This document shows positions 1 through 9,707 of a DNA stretch of 64,000 bases, piece after piece. The notes beneath the pieces were generated by a model that saw only the letters and a list, made by a program, of their open reading frames with translations, did not search any database and had not been told where the DNA came from. This DNA comes from Candidatus Omnitrophota bacterium (GTDB lineage Bacteria; Omnitrophota; Gorgyraeia; Duberdicusellales; 4484-171). The translations under genes and the position numbers were made by a program. The stretch is from NCBI GenBank assembly GCA_037146775.1, contig JBAWWL010000002.1, positions 21,935-85,934 of the forward strand. Reading direction: 5' to 3'. Each line of letters begins with the position of its first letter. The first letter of the stretch is position 1.

Positions 1-48
1 CCGGTAGCGTAGGCGTGGTATTCGTTCGTATCAATCCGTGCATAAAAC

Positions 49-672
49 ATGATCGCAATCATTGATTATGGAATGGGGAATCTACATAGCGTAGAGAAGG
101 CGGGAGCTTTGTCGAAGCAGCGTCTTGAGATTACTGATTCCAGGGACGTTATTGGAAAAGCAGAAAAGATAATTTTTCCCGGTGTAGGGCATTTCGGTAA
201 AGCGGTAAAAGAGCTCAAAAAAAGAAAGCTTTTTGATATTTTGAAAGAGAAAATAAAAGAAGGTGTTCCTTTTTTAGGTATCTGTTTGGGGATGCAGTTG
301 CTTCTGGAAGAGAGCGAAGAAGCCAGGGGTATTGAGGGTTTGGCGGTGATAGCCGGTAAGGTCAAGAGGTTTGACGATACTGTTTTCCCCGTGCCGCATA
401 TGGGTTGGAACAGCGTTGCTTTGCGGGGCGCGCGCAACAAAACGCAAAACAAAACTATCTTTGCCAAAATAAAAAATGAGACTTTTTTTTATTTCGCACA
501 CTCGTATTATTGTCAGCCTCAAGATGCGGCAACTGTTTTGGCGGTAACTGATTACGGAGTTCCTTTTGCTTCGGCGCTTCATAAAGGTAATGTGTGGGCG
601 GTGCAATTTCATCCGGAAAAGAGTCAGGAATTTGGCTTAAAAGTATTTCATAATTTTCTTACATTATGTTGA
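49..672 (+). CDS. hisH: Imidazole glycerol phosphate synthase glutamine amidotransferase subunit HisH
   Basis: N-terminus MIAIIDYGMGNLHSV, class-I GATase motifs (GICLGMQLL, FHPEKS); overlaps hisA start. Confidence 0.9.
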   Translation: MIAIIDYGMGNLHSVEKAGALSKQRLEITDSRDVIGKAEKIIFPGVGHFGKAVKELKKRKLFDILKEKIKEGVPFLGICLGMQLLLEESEEARGIEGLAVIAGKVKRFDDTVFPVPHMGWNSVALRGARNKTQNKTIFAKIKNETFFYFAHSYYCQPQDAATVLAVTDYGVPFASALHKGNVWAVQFHPEKSQEFGLKVFHNFLTLC

Positions 673-1388
673 TTATTCCCGCTATTGATTTGTATCAAGG
701 TAACGTGGTGCGTCTTTTGAAAGGTAATCCCCGTGATTGCGTTGTGTATAGCGACAATCCTGTTGAGGTGGCCATTGGCTGGAAGAAACAGGGAGCAACG
801 TTATTGCATGTCGTGGATCTTTCTGCCGCCTTGGGCGACGGGGATAATATGTCCTTGATTGAAGCCATTATTACCCAGGCAAAAATAAAAATTGAAGTGG
901 GCGGAGGAATAAGAGATATCGAAAAAGCCAAAAGATTGATCGCGTTGGGAGTAGAGCGGATTATTATTGGCACCAAGGCGACTAAGAAAGGGTTTCTGGA
1001 GGAGCTTATCGCGGCCTTCGGTAGCTCAAAAATCGCAGCCAGCGTAGATATAGTGGATGGCGTGGTCGCTGTTGAAGGGTGGCAGCGGAAAACCTCGCAC
1101 CATTTTATCGAGTTCATTCATGAGCTCATGGCTAAGGGCGTGCGTTGGATGATTTATACGGACATTTCACGCGACGGGACCCTTGAAGGGGTAAATATAG
1201 AGCAGGCAAAGCAATTATCGATATTTAAGGAAATGAATATTATCCTTTCCGGAGGAGTTTCTGATGTCCATGATCTTGCCAGCATACAGGCACAATTGCC
1301 TTTTATGTGGGGAGTAATTTCAGGAAAAGCGCTCTATGAGGGAAAAATAGATTTTATCCGAGCGCAGACATTATTACAGCAAAAATAA
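666..1388 (+). CDS. hisA: ProFAR isomerase HisA
   Basis: MLIIPAIDLYQGNVVRL...; (beta/alpha)8 HisA signature segments (VGGGIRD, LSGGVS). Confidence 0.88.
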   Translation: MLIIPAIDLYQGNVVRLLKGNPRDCVVYSDNPVEVAIGWKKQGATLLHVVDLSAALGDGDNMSLIEAIITQAKIKIEVGGGIRDIEKAKRLIALGVERIIIGTKATKKGFLEELIAAFGSSKIAASVDIVDGVVAVEGWQRKTSHHFIEFIHELMAKGVRWMIYTDISRDGTLEGVNIEQAKQLSIFKEMNIILSGGVSDVHDLASIQAQLPFMWGVISGKALYEGKIDFIRAQTLLQQK

Positions 1389-1416
1389 GGGTTTTCGGGC
1401 ACATTCATAATAAATA

Positions 1417-1444
1417 TTGACAATTTACGGTAATATGGTATAAA
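1417..1444 (+). promoter_or_regulatory. Sigma70-like promoter TTGACA-16-TGgTATAAA upstream of rplM-rpsI
   Basis: TTGACA at 1417-1422, extended -10 TGGTATAAA ending 1444; ~110 nt leader before the rplM GTG start. Confidence 0.6.
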
Positions 1445-1554
1445 AATACGCCTATACCTCGAAATGCTCTTTTGCACCAAAAGGTTTTAGGGTTGCTAGT
1501 TATAAGGGATAGCAAAAATTATTGTTCCATACGTTTTAAAAAAGGTGTTGATCG

Positions 1555-1980
1555 GTGAAAAAAACTAAGTTTTTTAACAAGGTAGAATCAAAGTGGATCC
1601 TTATTGACGCCAAAGACAAAGTTCTTGGCAGACTTGCTGCGCAGGTAGCCAGGATATTACAAGGTAAAACCAAGGCTACTTATAGCCCAAATTTTTTATG
1701 CGGCGATCATGTAGTGATTATCAATGCCAGCCTCATCAGATGTACGGGCAACAAGAGAGAACAAAAACTATATGACCGCTATTCGGGATATCCTGGTGGT
1801 ATCCGGGCGATTAGCTTAAAAAATTTACAGGAAAAAAATCCTTCTCGCGTTATTTATTGTGCGATAAGGGGTATGTTACCGAAAACGATGCTTGCGAAGC
1901 GTATGATTCGCAGGCTCAAGATTTATCCGGGGGATAAACATGAGCAGGAAGCTCAACAACCAGTATTATTAGAGGTATAA
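1555..1980 (+). CDS. rplM: 50S ribosomal protein L13
   Basis: GTG start after AAGGTG RBS; WILIDAKDKVLGRLAAQVARILQGK is a canonical L13 N-terminus. Confidence 0.92.
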   Translation: MKKTKFFNKVESKWILIDAKDKVLGRLAAQVARILQGKTKATYSPNFLCGDHVVIINASLIRCTGNKREQKLYDRYSGYPGGIRAISLKNLQEKNPSRVIYCAIRGMLPKTMLAKRMIRRLKIYPGDKHEQEAQQPVLLEV

Positions 1981-1982
1981 CT

Positions 1983-2384
1983 ATGGAAGATGTGAAACAG
2001 ATACGTATGACCACCGGGCGCAGAAAAGAAGCGAGAGCCAGGGTAAAATTAATTCCCGAAGGCAAAGGGAAATTTGTCGTCAACGGAAGAGAGTTGGATA
2101 AATATTTTGCGACCATAGATCAAATTATGCAAGTTAAAAAACCTTTGGTGACGGCCGGCTTGGAAGGAAAATTTGATGTCGTTGCCAACGTTGTTGGCGG
2201 CGGTATCAATGGCCAGGCAGGTGCGATAAGTTTAGGGATTTCCAGGGCATTGCTTATATGGAATCCGGAATTACGAGTCACCTTACGAAAAGAAGATCTT
2301 CTTACCAGAGACCCCCGCTCGAAAGAAAGAAAGAAATACGGCCGAAAAGGCGCTCGCCGTAGGTTCCAGTGGACGAAACGTTAA
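1983..2384 (+). CDS. rpsI: 30S ribosomal protein S9
   Basis: GRRKEARARVKLIPEGKG...KKYGRKGARRRFQWTKR conserved S9 C-terminus; directly after rplM. Confidence 0.93.
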   Translation: MEDVKQIRMTTGRRKEARARVKLIPEGKGKFVVNGRELDKYFATIDQIMQVKKPLVTAGLEGKFDVVANVVGGGINGQAGAISLGISRALLIWNPELRVTLRKEDLLTRDPRSKERKKYGRKGARRRFQWTKR

Positions 2385-2502
2385 ATTTTGCAGTATCGTT
2401 GTATACGCAATACACTGGAAACACCTCCGCTTGTTTTAGCAGCTTAAAAATCTTGACAAATATACATAGTTGCGTTAACGTATTGTACTTTTAGGAGTTT
2501 TT

Positions 2503-3690
2503 ATGTTTAGTTCTATCGAAGAAATCCTCGAAGATATCCGTCAGGGTAAGCCGGTCATCGTTGTGGATGATGAAAGGCGCGAGAACGAAGGAGACATCGT
2601 TATTGCCGCGCAATCCGCCACGGCACAGGCCATTAATTTCATGATCACCGAAGGAAGGGGTCTGGTGTGCGTTCCATTAACCGGCAAAAGGATTAAAGAG
2701 CTGGAATTAGTACCCATGCACGTTCATAACAGCCAAGATGCTTTTAAGACGGCATGGAGAATCTCTGTAGATGCAGCTTCAGGCGTAACCACAGGAATAT
2801 CCGCTTTTGACCGGGCCAGAACAATTGAAGTTTTAATCAGCCCCCAAAGTACCAACCATGACCTTATTAAGCCCGGCCACATGTTTCCCTTGGAAGCAAA
2901 AGAGGGCGGAGTATTGGTAAGGGCGGGCCATACCGAGGCAGCTGTTGATTTGGCAAGGCTTGCGGGGTTATACCCGGCGGGCGTTATTTGTGAGATTATC
3001 AGAGAAGACGGTTCCATGGCACGGCTTCCGGATTTAATAACTTTTTCTAAAAAACATCAGCTCAAGATTTGCACTATTGCTTCATTGATTGAATATCGCA
3101 GAAAAAAAGAAAAATTGATTGCGTTGGTTGAAACCGTAAAACTGCCTACCGATTACGGCGATTTTACTTTATATCTTTACGAATCATGCATAGACGGCAG
3201 CGAACATATTGCTTTAGTGAGGGGAGAAATCAAGGATGAGCCGGTTATGGTGCGTGTGCATTCAGAATGTCTTACCGGCGATACATTTTTTTCCCGGCGC
3301 TGCGATTGCGGCCATCAATTGCGGCATGCTTTAGAAATTATTGCCAAAACCGGAGGAATCCTTCTTTATATGCGCCAGGAAGGCAGGGGAATAGGTTTAA
3401 AGAACAAAATGAAAGCATACAATCTACAGGAAAAGGGCGCGGATACTGTGGATGCGAATAAACTGTTGGGATTTGCTCCGGATTTGAGAGACTACGGTAT
3501 AGGGGCGCAGATATTGGCAGATTTAGGAGTAAAAAAAATACGGCTTTTGACTAATAATCCCAAAAAAATTATCGGACTGGAAGGGCATGGCTTAGAAATT
3601 GTTGAGAGAGTCACTCTCAAGATAGAATCTTGCTCCGATAACGAAAAGTATTTACAGGCAAAAAAGAACAAACTGGACCATATATTTTAA
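2503..3690 (+). CDS. ribBA: Bifunctional 3,4-dihydroxy-2-butanone-4-phosphate synthase / GTP cyclohydrolase II
   Basis: N-terminal DHBP synthase motifs ([16 protein letters not shown]) and C-terminal GTP cyclohydrolase II motifs (HSECLTGD...CDCG zinc site). Confidence 0.9.
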   Translation: MFSSIEEILEDIRQGKPVIVVDDERRENEGDIVIAAQSATAQAINFMITEGRGLVCVPLTGKRIKELELVPMHVHNSQDAFKTAWRISVDAASGVTTGISAFDRARTIEVLISPQSTNHDLIKPGHMFPLEAKEGGVLVRAGHTEAAVDLARLAGLYPAGVICEIIREDGSMARLPDLITFSKKHQLKICTIASLIEYRRKKEKLIALVETVKLPTDYGDFTLYLYESCIDGSEHIALVRGEIKDEPVMVRVHSECLTGDTFFSRRCDCGHQLRHALEIIAKTGGILLYMRQEGRGIGLKNKMKAYNLQEKGADTVDANKLLGFAPDLRDYGIGAQILADLGVKKIRLLTNNPKKIIGLEGHGLEIVERVTLKIESCSDNEKYLQAKKNKLDHIF

Positions 3691-3826
3691 TAAAGTAGAG
3701 AGCGATCCCCTGGTGGGGATGCGGCGTGGGCAGTAATGTATGCTAAGATCCCACGTCGAAGATAGTCTCTCTGCTTTCTGTTGGTAGGTGAGATTTATTG
3801 CTCTACCAGAACCGAGGAGGGTACGC

Positions 3827-4285
3827 ATGAAGGAAATAGTCGGTACATACGCAGGCAAAGGCAAAAGGATCGCTATCGTTATTTCGCGTTTTAATGAGTT
3901 TGTCGGTAAAGAGCTGCTTGCCGGTTGTGTTGATACGCTTAAGAAATCAGCGGTGGAGGAAAAAGACATTACTGTTGTCTGGGCGCCGGGATCTTTTGAA
4001 ATACCTCAGATAATAGGTAAGCTCGACACGAAGAAATTTGATGCCGTAATAGCCTTGGGTGCCCTTATCCGGGGCGACACGCCTCATTTTGATTATATCG
4101 CGGCGGAAGTTTCAAAAGGGGTGGCCCGGCTTTCGCTTGATAAAAATATTCCAATGATTTTCGGCGTTATTACCACCGACACGTTAGAACAGGCGATCGA
4201 GCGCTCGGGTACAAAACAAGGCAACAAAGGTAGAGATGCGGCCTTGGCAGCCTTAGAAATGGCAACTCTTTATCAGCAAATATAA
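3827..4285 (+). CDS. ribH: 6,7-dimethyl-8-ribityllumazine synthase
   Basis: ATG at 3827 after GAGGAGGG RBS; the ORF-track start at 3788 is upstream read-through; GKGKRIAIVISRFNEFV is the lumazine synthase signature. Confidence 0.88.
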   Translation: MKEIVGTYAGKGKRIAIVISRFNEFVGKELLAGCVDTLKKSAVEEKDITVVWAPGSFEIPQIIGKLDTKKFDAVIALGALIRGDTPHFDYIAAEVSKGVARLSLDKNIPMIFGVITTDTLEQAIERSGTKQGNKGRDAALAALEMATLYQQI

Positions 4286-4360
4286 AAAATTAAAAATAAA
4301 AAATTGGGGTTTGCGGATATCCTTATATTAATTTTTTGATATTTAATATTTAATTTTTTA

Positions 4361-4801
4361 ATGAGGTTACGTTCAAAAGCGAGAGAGATAACCCTACATT
4401 TGCTTTATCAGATAGAAATGTCTAAGGGTGACTGTCATCAGGCCTACCAGGATTATCTTTCCAATTATCCTCAGAGACAAGAAGCTGCAGATTTTGCTCT
4501 CCTGTTGTTGGATGGCGTAACAAACAATATAAGCGGTATTGACGCGTTGATTAAAAAATATGTCAAGAACTGGGAGATTGATCGTATGGCGGTGATTGAT
4601 CGTAACATTTTGCGTCTTGCTTGCTTCGAGTTGATATTTTTGGAAGAAATTCCGCCGAAAGTATCCATCAACGAAGCGATAGAATTGGCAAAGCGTTTCG
4701 GCGATATCGATTCCCCGCGATTTGTAAATGGCATTCTCGACAAAATTTATAAAATGGAGAACAAAGACAAAAATGCCGTCCAGCCCCAAGAAGAAGTGTG
4801 A
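4361..4801 (+). CDS. nusB: Transcription antitermination factor NusB
   Basis: ribH-nusB adjacency; RMAVIDRNILRLACFELIF...EAIELAKRFG NusB core. Confidence 0.85.
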   Translation: MRLRSKAREITLHLLYQIEMSKGDCHQAYQDYLSNYPQRQEAADFALLLLDGVTNNISGIDALIKKYVKNWEIDRMAVIDRNILRLACFELIFLEEIPPKVSINEAIELAKRFGDIDSPRFVNGILDKIYKMENKDKNAVQPQEEV

Positions 4802-5624
4802 CCTTCATATCCATTCTACCTTTTCCGACAGCGATACTGATATCGAGCAAATTTTTCAGACAGCCCAATCAAAGAATCTATCCGCTATCGCCATTGCCGA
4901 CCATGATACTATCGATGGTTTGGCTTTGGCGGACGTCGCAAGCCAAAAATATAATATCGAACTTGTCAATGCGATCGAGATAAGCGCGCAAAAAGACGAT
5001 ACCGAAGTCCATGTGTTGGGATATTTCATTGATGCGGGAAGCCCGCAGCTGAAAGTTACTCTTGAGAGTATCCGTCAACTTAGAAAAAAACGTCTCATGG
5101 CAATGGTAGCGAAACTTCACGATCTCGGTTTCGCGGTTGGCGAAGAAGAGTTGTCTGCAAAAATAAAAGATGCCATTCCGACACGGCTGCATTTAGGTTT
5201 GTATTTAGTGGAGAAAAAGATTGTCAAATCTTTGCATGACGCTTTTGAAAAATACCTTTCTCCCGGTAAACCGGCTTATATTGCGCGCTTTAAGTATTCA
5301 ATTCCCGAAGCAATACAGTTAATCAAGTGTTACGGAGGCTTGGCGTTTTTGGCCCACCCGCACTTATTGCCAGCACAATCATGGATAGAGGAATTCGTTT
5401 CTTACGGGCTAGACGGTTTAGAGGTCGTATATCCGCGTTTTTCCGAAGCCAAGATCTCTCTTTATAAGAATATGGCCGAGCACTGGGGACTGTTGAAAAG
5501 CGGTGGTTCCGACGCTCACGGAAGCTATAAGAATTATACTGCGATAGGCTCGGTTACGGCTCCTTACGAGTGGGTGGAAGAAATGAAAAAGCGTCTCGCG
5601 CAACGCCCAAGAGGTACCGTATAG
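4773..5624 (+). CDS. PHP-domain phosphoesterase (TrpH/YciV family)
   Basis: CDLHIHSTFSDSDT...IAIADHDT PHP metal-binding motifs; start chosen at the internal ATG (MPSSPKKKCDLHIHS), overlapping the nusB end. Confidence 0.75.
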   Translation: MPSSPKKKCDLHIHSTFSDSDTDIEQIFQTAQSKNLSAIAIADHDTIDGLALADVASQKYNIELVNAIEISAQKDDTEVHVLGYFIDAGSPQLKVTLESIRQLRKKRLMAMVAKLHDLGFAVGEEELSAKIKDAIPTRLHLGLYLVEKKIVKSLHDAFEKYLSPGKPAYIARFKYSIPEAIQLIKCYGGLAFLAHPHLLPAQSWIEEFVSYGLDGLEVVYPRFSEAKISLYKNMAEHWGLLKSGGSDAHGSYKNYTAIGSVTAPYEWVEEMKKRLAQRPRGTV

Positions 5625-5659
5625 CCATAAAAAATCTGTCTGTGAAACCGATAGAAAAC

Positions 5660-6745
5660 ATGGATAAAGATATATATTTTTTGGAAAAAACGTTTGCATT
5701 GGCTAAGCGTGCGCAAGGATTTACTTCTCCTAATCCGTTGGTGGGTGCAGTTATCGTAAAAAACGGCGTTATTCTCGCCGAAGGTTATCATAAAAAGGCG
5801 GGGTTACCTCATGCGGAAATTGAAGCCTTGCGAAAGGCTTCATGCAATGTGGCGGGGGCGACTCTTTATGTTAATTTGGAGCCTTGTTGTCATTTCGGCC
5901 GAACACCGCCCTGTGTGGATGAAATTATCAGCCGCAAAATAAAAAGAGTAGTCATCGCGGTAAAAGATCCTAACCAAAAAGTAAACGGGAAAGCGATAGC
6001 AAAACTGAAACAAGCGGGTATCGCCGTGTGCGAGGTTACAGAGCTTCAAGAAAAAGCAATCAGGCTTAACGAGGTATTTTTCAAAAATATGTGTTCAAGA
6101 AAGCCATTTGTGGTTGTTAAGATCGCGCAAAGTTTAGATGGGAAAATAGCTACAAGCGAAGGAGTTTCGAAGTGGATTACCGGCCCAGCTGCGCGCGATT
6201 ACGGCAAAAGCTTACGTGACAGATATGATAGCGTTCTTGTTGGAATTAATACGGTAAGGCAGGATAACCCCAAGCTCAATGGTTTGAGAAAGATACCCTT
6301 TAAGGTAGTCATTGACCCCACGCTTGAGATCGACCCGCATTCTTATCTCCTGCGGCATGATCTCTCAAAGCTTATCATTTTTTCTTCAGCAAAAAGCAAG
6401 CATAGAGCGAAGAAGTTACCCCCGGCAGCGAAAGTATTTTTTCTTAAATCCCGCCGCGGCCGGTTCAATTTAGCGGAGATTTTAAACGTATTATATCGGT
6501 TGGGAATTATGTCGGTCTTTGTCGAGGGTGGCTCGCAAACCGTAGGAAGATTTTTTGACGCGAAGCTCGTTGATAAAATTTACTTTTTTATTGCCCCAAA
6601 GATTATCGGTGGGGACAGGAGTATTACTTCGGTAGGAGGGGATGGTTTTCGTCCCGGTAACTGGCCGCGTATAGTCGGCATGGAAATTAAACGTATTTCC
6701 GGCGATATCTGTGTTTCAGGATACCCTTGTTATGAAAGAAATTGA
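5660..6745 (+). CDS. ribD: Bifunctional riboflavin biosynthesis deaminase/reductase RibD
   Basis: Start at internal ATG (MDKDIYFLEK); CMP/dCMP-deaminase zinc motifs HAEIEALRKA...NLEPCCHFGRTPPC; C-terminal reductase domain. Confidence 0.88.
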   Translation: MDKDIYFLEKTFALAKRAQGFTSPNPLVGAVIVKNGVILAEGYHKKAGLPHAEIEALRKASCNVAGATLYVNLEPCCHFGRTPPCVDEIISRKIKRVVIAVKDPNQKVNGKAIAKLKQAGIAVCEVTELQEKAIRLNEVFFKNMCSRKPFVVVKIAQSLDGKIATSEGVSKWITGPAARDYGKSLRDRYDSVLVGINTVRQDNPKLNGLRKIPFKVVIDPTLEIDPHSYLLRHDLSKLIIFSSAKSKHRAKKLPPAAKVFFLKSRRGRFNLAEILNVLYRLGIMSVFVEGGSQTVGRFFDAKLVDKIYFFIAPKIIGGDRSITSVGGDGFRPGNWPRIVGMEIKRISGDICVSGYPCYERN

Positions 6746-7319
6746 TATATGCTCACTCATGCGTATGCGGCGTTCTGTCCGTCTTTTTGGGCAGAAAAAA
6801 ATTCCTTTCGGGATTATCAAAAAAGTCGTTAACGCTGCTCGCCTTGCGCCTTCGGCGGCGAACTTGCAATTCATTGAGTATCTTGTTATCTGCGAGAAAG
6901 AGCAAAGGGAGAAAATATTTCCTTGTCTGCGTTGGGCGGGGTATATCGCTCCAAAAAGGAATCCGTCTCAGGATAAGACGCCGACTGTATACATTATTAT
7001 TCTTATCGCTAAAGATAAAAGCAAAGAACCAAACCTAAGAGATATTGGCGCCGCAGCACAGAGCATGTTGTTGACTTTAACCTATCTTGGTGCGGCTGGC
7101 TGCTGGCTTCAGAATATCGATAAAGAATCTTTGCGGCGCAGTGTACGTATCCCGGACAGATATGATATAGATTCAATAATCGCCGCAGGCTATCCTGCGG
7201 AAACTCCGCATCTTGAGACCGATGCGCGCAATATCAGATACTGGCTTGATGCGAAAAACAGGCTTCATGTTCCCAAAAGGCCGCTGGGAGATATTTTCCA
7301 TTATAATTATATAAAATAA
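6732..7319 (+). CDS. Nitroreductase family protein
   Basis: MRRSVRLF...PSAANLQ nitroreductase N-terminal signature; overlaps ribD 3' end. Confidence 0.75.
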   Translation: MKEIDICSLMRMRRSVRLFGQKKIPFGIIKKVVNAARLAPSAANLQFIEYLVICEKEQREKIFPCLRWAGYIAPKRNPSQDKTPTVYIIILIAKDKSKEPNLRDIGAAAQSMLLTLTYLGAAGCWLQNIDKESLRRSVRIPDRYDIDSIIAAGYPAETPHLETDARNIRYWLDAKNRLHVPKRPLGDIFHYNYIK

Positions 7320-7472
7320 TTTTATGCACAGATTAGTATAGATACGCACTACAGAGGGGCCCAGAAAGGTTTTTCCCTTAGGGTTATTGCCTCGTGGGGC
7401 CTGGTTATTTAAAATATTGTTCCATGCTTAGGTATTCGGATTTCTGGTTTATTAAGTTGTTATCAGTGATAT

Positions 7473-8162
7473 ATGAAAACATTCGATGATCTTGTTAAAA
7501 CAGTGAAGATTCTGCGTTCCCCCAAGGGCTGTCCATGGGACAGGGAACAAACAATAGATAATTACAAAAAGTACCTTTTAGAGGAAACATATGAGTTGAT
7601 CGATGAAATCAACAGGAAAAAAACTGCAGCCGCAGAAGAAGAAATAGGCGATTTGTTTTTGATCTTAGTTATCCTGTCGGAAATGTTTAGGGAAAAAGGG
7701 CATTTTGACCTGCAAAGTATTTTACGCAAAATTAACCAAAAACTTATCACCCGCCATCCACATGTGTTCGGCTCAAAAAAGCTTAACACAAAAGAGGAGG
7801 TGCTTAGTTACTGGATTAAAACGAAGGCTAAAAAGAAGAAAAGGAAAACCATCAAAGACCGCCTGCCACGAGAAGCGCCCGCCTTGCTGTTGGCCGATAT
7901 CTTTTTTAAAGAGTATAGCCATATTTATCAAAATAAAAATCAATCGCAGATACAAAAAGCAAATACTCTCATCCGCAATATCAATAGTGCTATGAAAGAA
8001 ATCGGCCACGCTAAGAAAAAGACAGAAGTATTTTGTGAGGCGATGCTCCAATTATGCCAATTAGCCCACATGTATCATTTAGATACGGAAAATCTCTTAC
8101 GCGCTAAAATATTCAAAAAAGCATCTCGTATTACTTACGGTACCCTAAATACAAAAAAGTAG
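7473..8162 (+). CDS. mazG: Nucleoside triphosphate pyrophosphohydrolase MazG
   Basis: LRSPKGCPWDREQT, EExYELIDEI and RHPHVF MazG motifs. Confidence 0.85.
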   Translation: MKTFDDLVKTVKILRSPKGCPWDREQTIDNYKKYLLEETYELIDEINRKKTAAAEEEIGDLFLILVILSEMFREKGHFDLQSILRKINQKLITRHPHVFGSKKLNTKEEVLSYWIKTKAKKKKRKTIKDRLPREAPALLLADIFFKEYSHIYQNKNQSQIQKANTLIRNINSAMKEIGHAKKKTEVFCEAMLQLCQLAHMYHLDTENLLRAKIFKKASRITYGTLNTKK

Positions 8163-8194
8163 CTATTTCCTGCTTTTTTGACTATAATAATAAT

Positions 8195-8545
8195 ATGGAA
8201 AACAAAAGAAAGTTATTGCGATTGAGGGTGGGCGATTTCTTGGAGATACGTTCTCTTAACGAGGTAGCCAGGATATATAAAGCGAAGGCTCAAGATGTAA
8301 CCCCTATGGGCATATGCTTTTCTTCGGAAATGGAATGGAAGAAAGGGCAGGTGCTCTCGATTGACTATTTTGTCCCCGACGAATTCGACTCTGTAAAGTT
8401 AAAGATTGCCGTAGTCTGGTCAGAATTTATTAGCACGGAAGAAGGTTACTTCTGCGGAGGAGAAATTACTGAAGTGGAAAAAGAAAAACAAGACATATTT
8501 ACCAGCTATTATTTTCAGAAAATACAGAGTCAATCACACGAGTAA
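8195..8545 (+). CDS. PilZ-domain protein (putative c-di-GMP receptor)
   Basis: RKLLRLRV (RxxxR-like) and DVTPMGICFSS (DxSxxG-like) PilZ motifs. Confidence 0.55.
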   Translation: MENKRKLLRLRVGDFLEIRSLNEVARIYKAKAQDVTPMGICFSSEMEWKKGQVLSIDYFVPDEFDSVKLKIAVVWSEFISTEEGYFCGGEITEVEKEKQDIFTSYYFQKIQSQSHE

Positions 8546-8547
8546 CC

Positions 8548-9600
8548 ATGCCTGATGTTTTCTTCAAAAAGATAACCAACGACGAACTCCTCAAAAATCC
8601 ACACACTCTCTTAGGCGGTATAGAGAAACTTAAAGTTCTTGATACCCTCCAAAAGGGAGCGTTTGTCGCGTTAAAACTGCACTTGGGAGAGAAGGGAAAT
8701 AAGTCTTATATCAATCCTATCGCTCTTGGCCCCTTGGTGAAATTACTCAAAAAAACACAGGTCAGGCCGTTTTTGTTCGAGACTAATACTCTTTATAGAG
8801 GGGAACGGATGAATGCCATAGATCATATTATCTTGGCGCATAATCATGGTTTTGCAAAGCTTGATGTGCCGATTATTATCGGTGACGGCATAAGAGGCGG
8901 CGATTATATAGAGGTAAAAATAGATAAAAAGCACTTTGACGCATGTTTTATGGCCCAGGGGCTGAAAGACATTGATTGTCTGATTGTGCTTTCTCATTTA
9001 ACCGGACATATGCTTACTGGTTTTGGCGCAGCCATAAAGAATCTGGGCATGGGCTGTGCGTCGCGCAGAGGCAAACTCGCGCAGCATTGCGATGTAAGCC
9101 CGGAAATTATTGTTTCGCGCTGCATACGTTGCGGACGGTGTATGGAGAATTGTCCGGCCGCTGCTATTGAGCGTAACCAGGAGAATTATCGTATCGTTAA
9201 GGAGAAGTGTATCGGTTGCGCGCAATGCGTCAGCGTTTGTCCAAAAGGAGCGGTAAATATCATGTGGTCGGAAAGTTATGAAGCGATTGGCGAAAAGTTA
9301 GTTGAATACGCCTATGCCGCCACGCGAGAGAGAAAATGTGTCTATATTAACTTTTGTGTGTTTATTACTCAGGAATGCGATTGCATGAATAAAGAAGAAA
9401 AAGGTTTCGTAAAAGATATCGGATTGCTGTTTAGCCACGATCCGGTTGCCGTTGACAAGGCCAGCATAGATTTACTGCTTCAGCAGGAAAACCGTGATGC
9501 GTTAAGGGAAATTCACCCCAAAATAGATTATCTTCATCATCTGCGTTATGCGCATGAGATCGGTTTAGGTTCTTTAGAATACACGCTGATCGAAATTTAA
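8548..9600 (+). CDS. DUF362-family protein with two 4Fe-4S ferredoxin motifs
   Basis: CIRCGRCMENCP and CIGCAQCVSVCP ferredoxin motifs inside a DUF362-like fold; tightly follows the PilZ gene. Confidence 0.65.
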   Translation: MPDVFFKKITNDELLKNPHTLLGGIEKLKVLDTLQKGAFVALKLHLGEKGNKSYINPIALGPLVKLLKKTQVRPFLFETNTLYRGERMNAIDHIILAHNHGFAKLDVPIIIGDGIRGGDYIEVKIDKKHFDACFMAQGLKDIDCLIVLSHLTGHMLTGFGAAIKNLGMGCASRRGKLAQHCDVSPEIIVSRCIRCGRCMENCPAAAIERNQENYRIVKEKCIGCAQCVSVCPKGAVNIMWSESYEAIGEKLVEYAYAATRERKCVYINFCVFITQECDCMNKEEKGFVKDIGLLFSHDPVAVDKASIDLLLQQENRDALREIHPKIDYLHHLRYAHEIGLGSLEYTLIEI

Positions 9601-9707
9601 CATGAGATAGGTCGCAGTTTAAACTAAGGCGTGCCGCTTGTAGTTAAGGAGACAGCTTTTGTCCCGACGCTTGAGTCCGGTCAAATAACCAATCCAGTCA
9701 AGTAGCG

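Noticed and set aside
66-1117. Antisense ORFs inside hisH/hisA (66-467, 274-612, 695-1117 minus strand)
   Set aside because: They are embedded opposite conserved, motif-bearing genes; a typical shadow-ORF artefact. The same applies to the many short antisense ORFs within addA, addB, pilQ, pilB, pilC and the gcv genes.
3691-3826. FMN riboswitch between ribBA and ribH
   Set aside because: Only a partial GAAGATAG-like match. The conserved core is missing and the spacer is too short, so it is listed only as a structured spacer.
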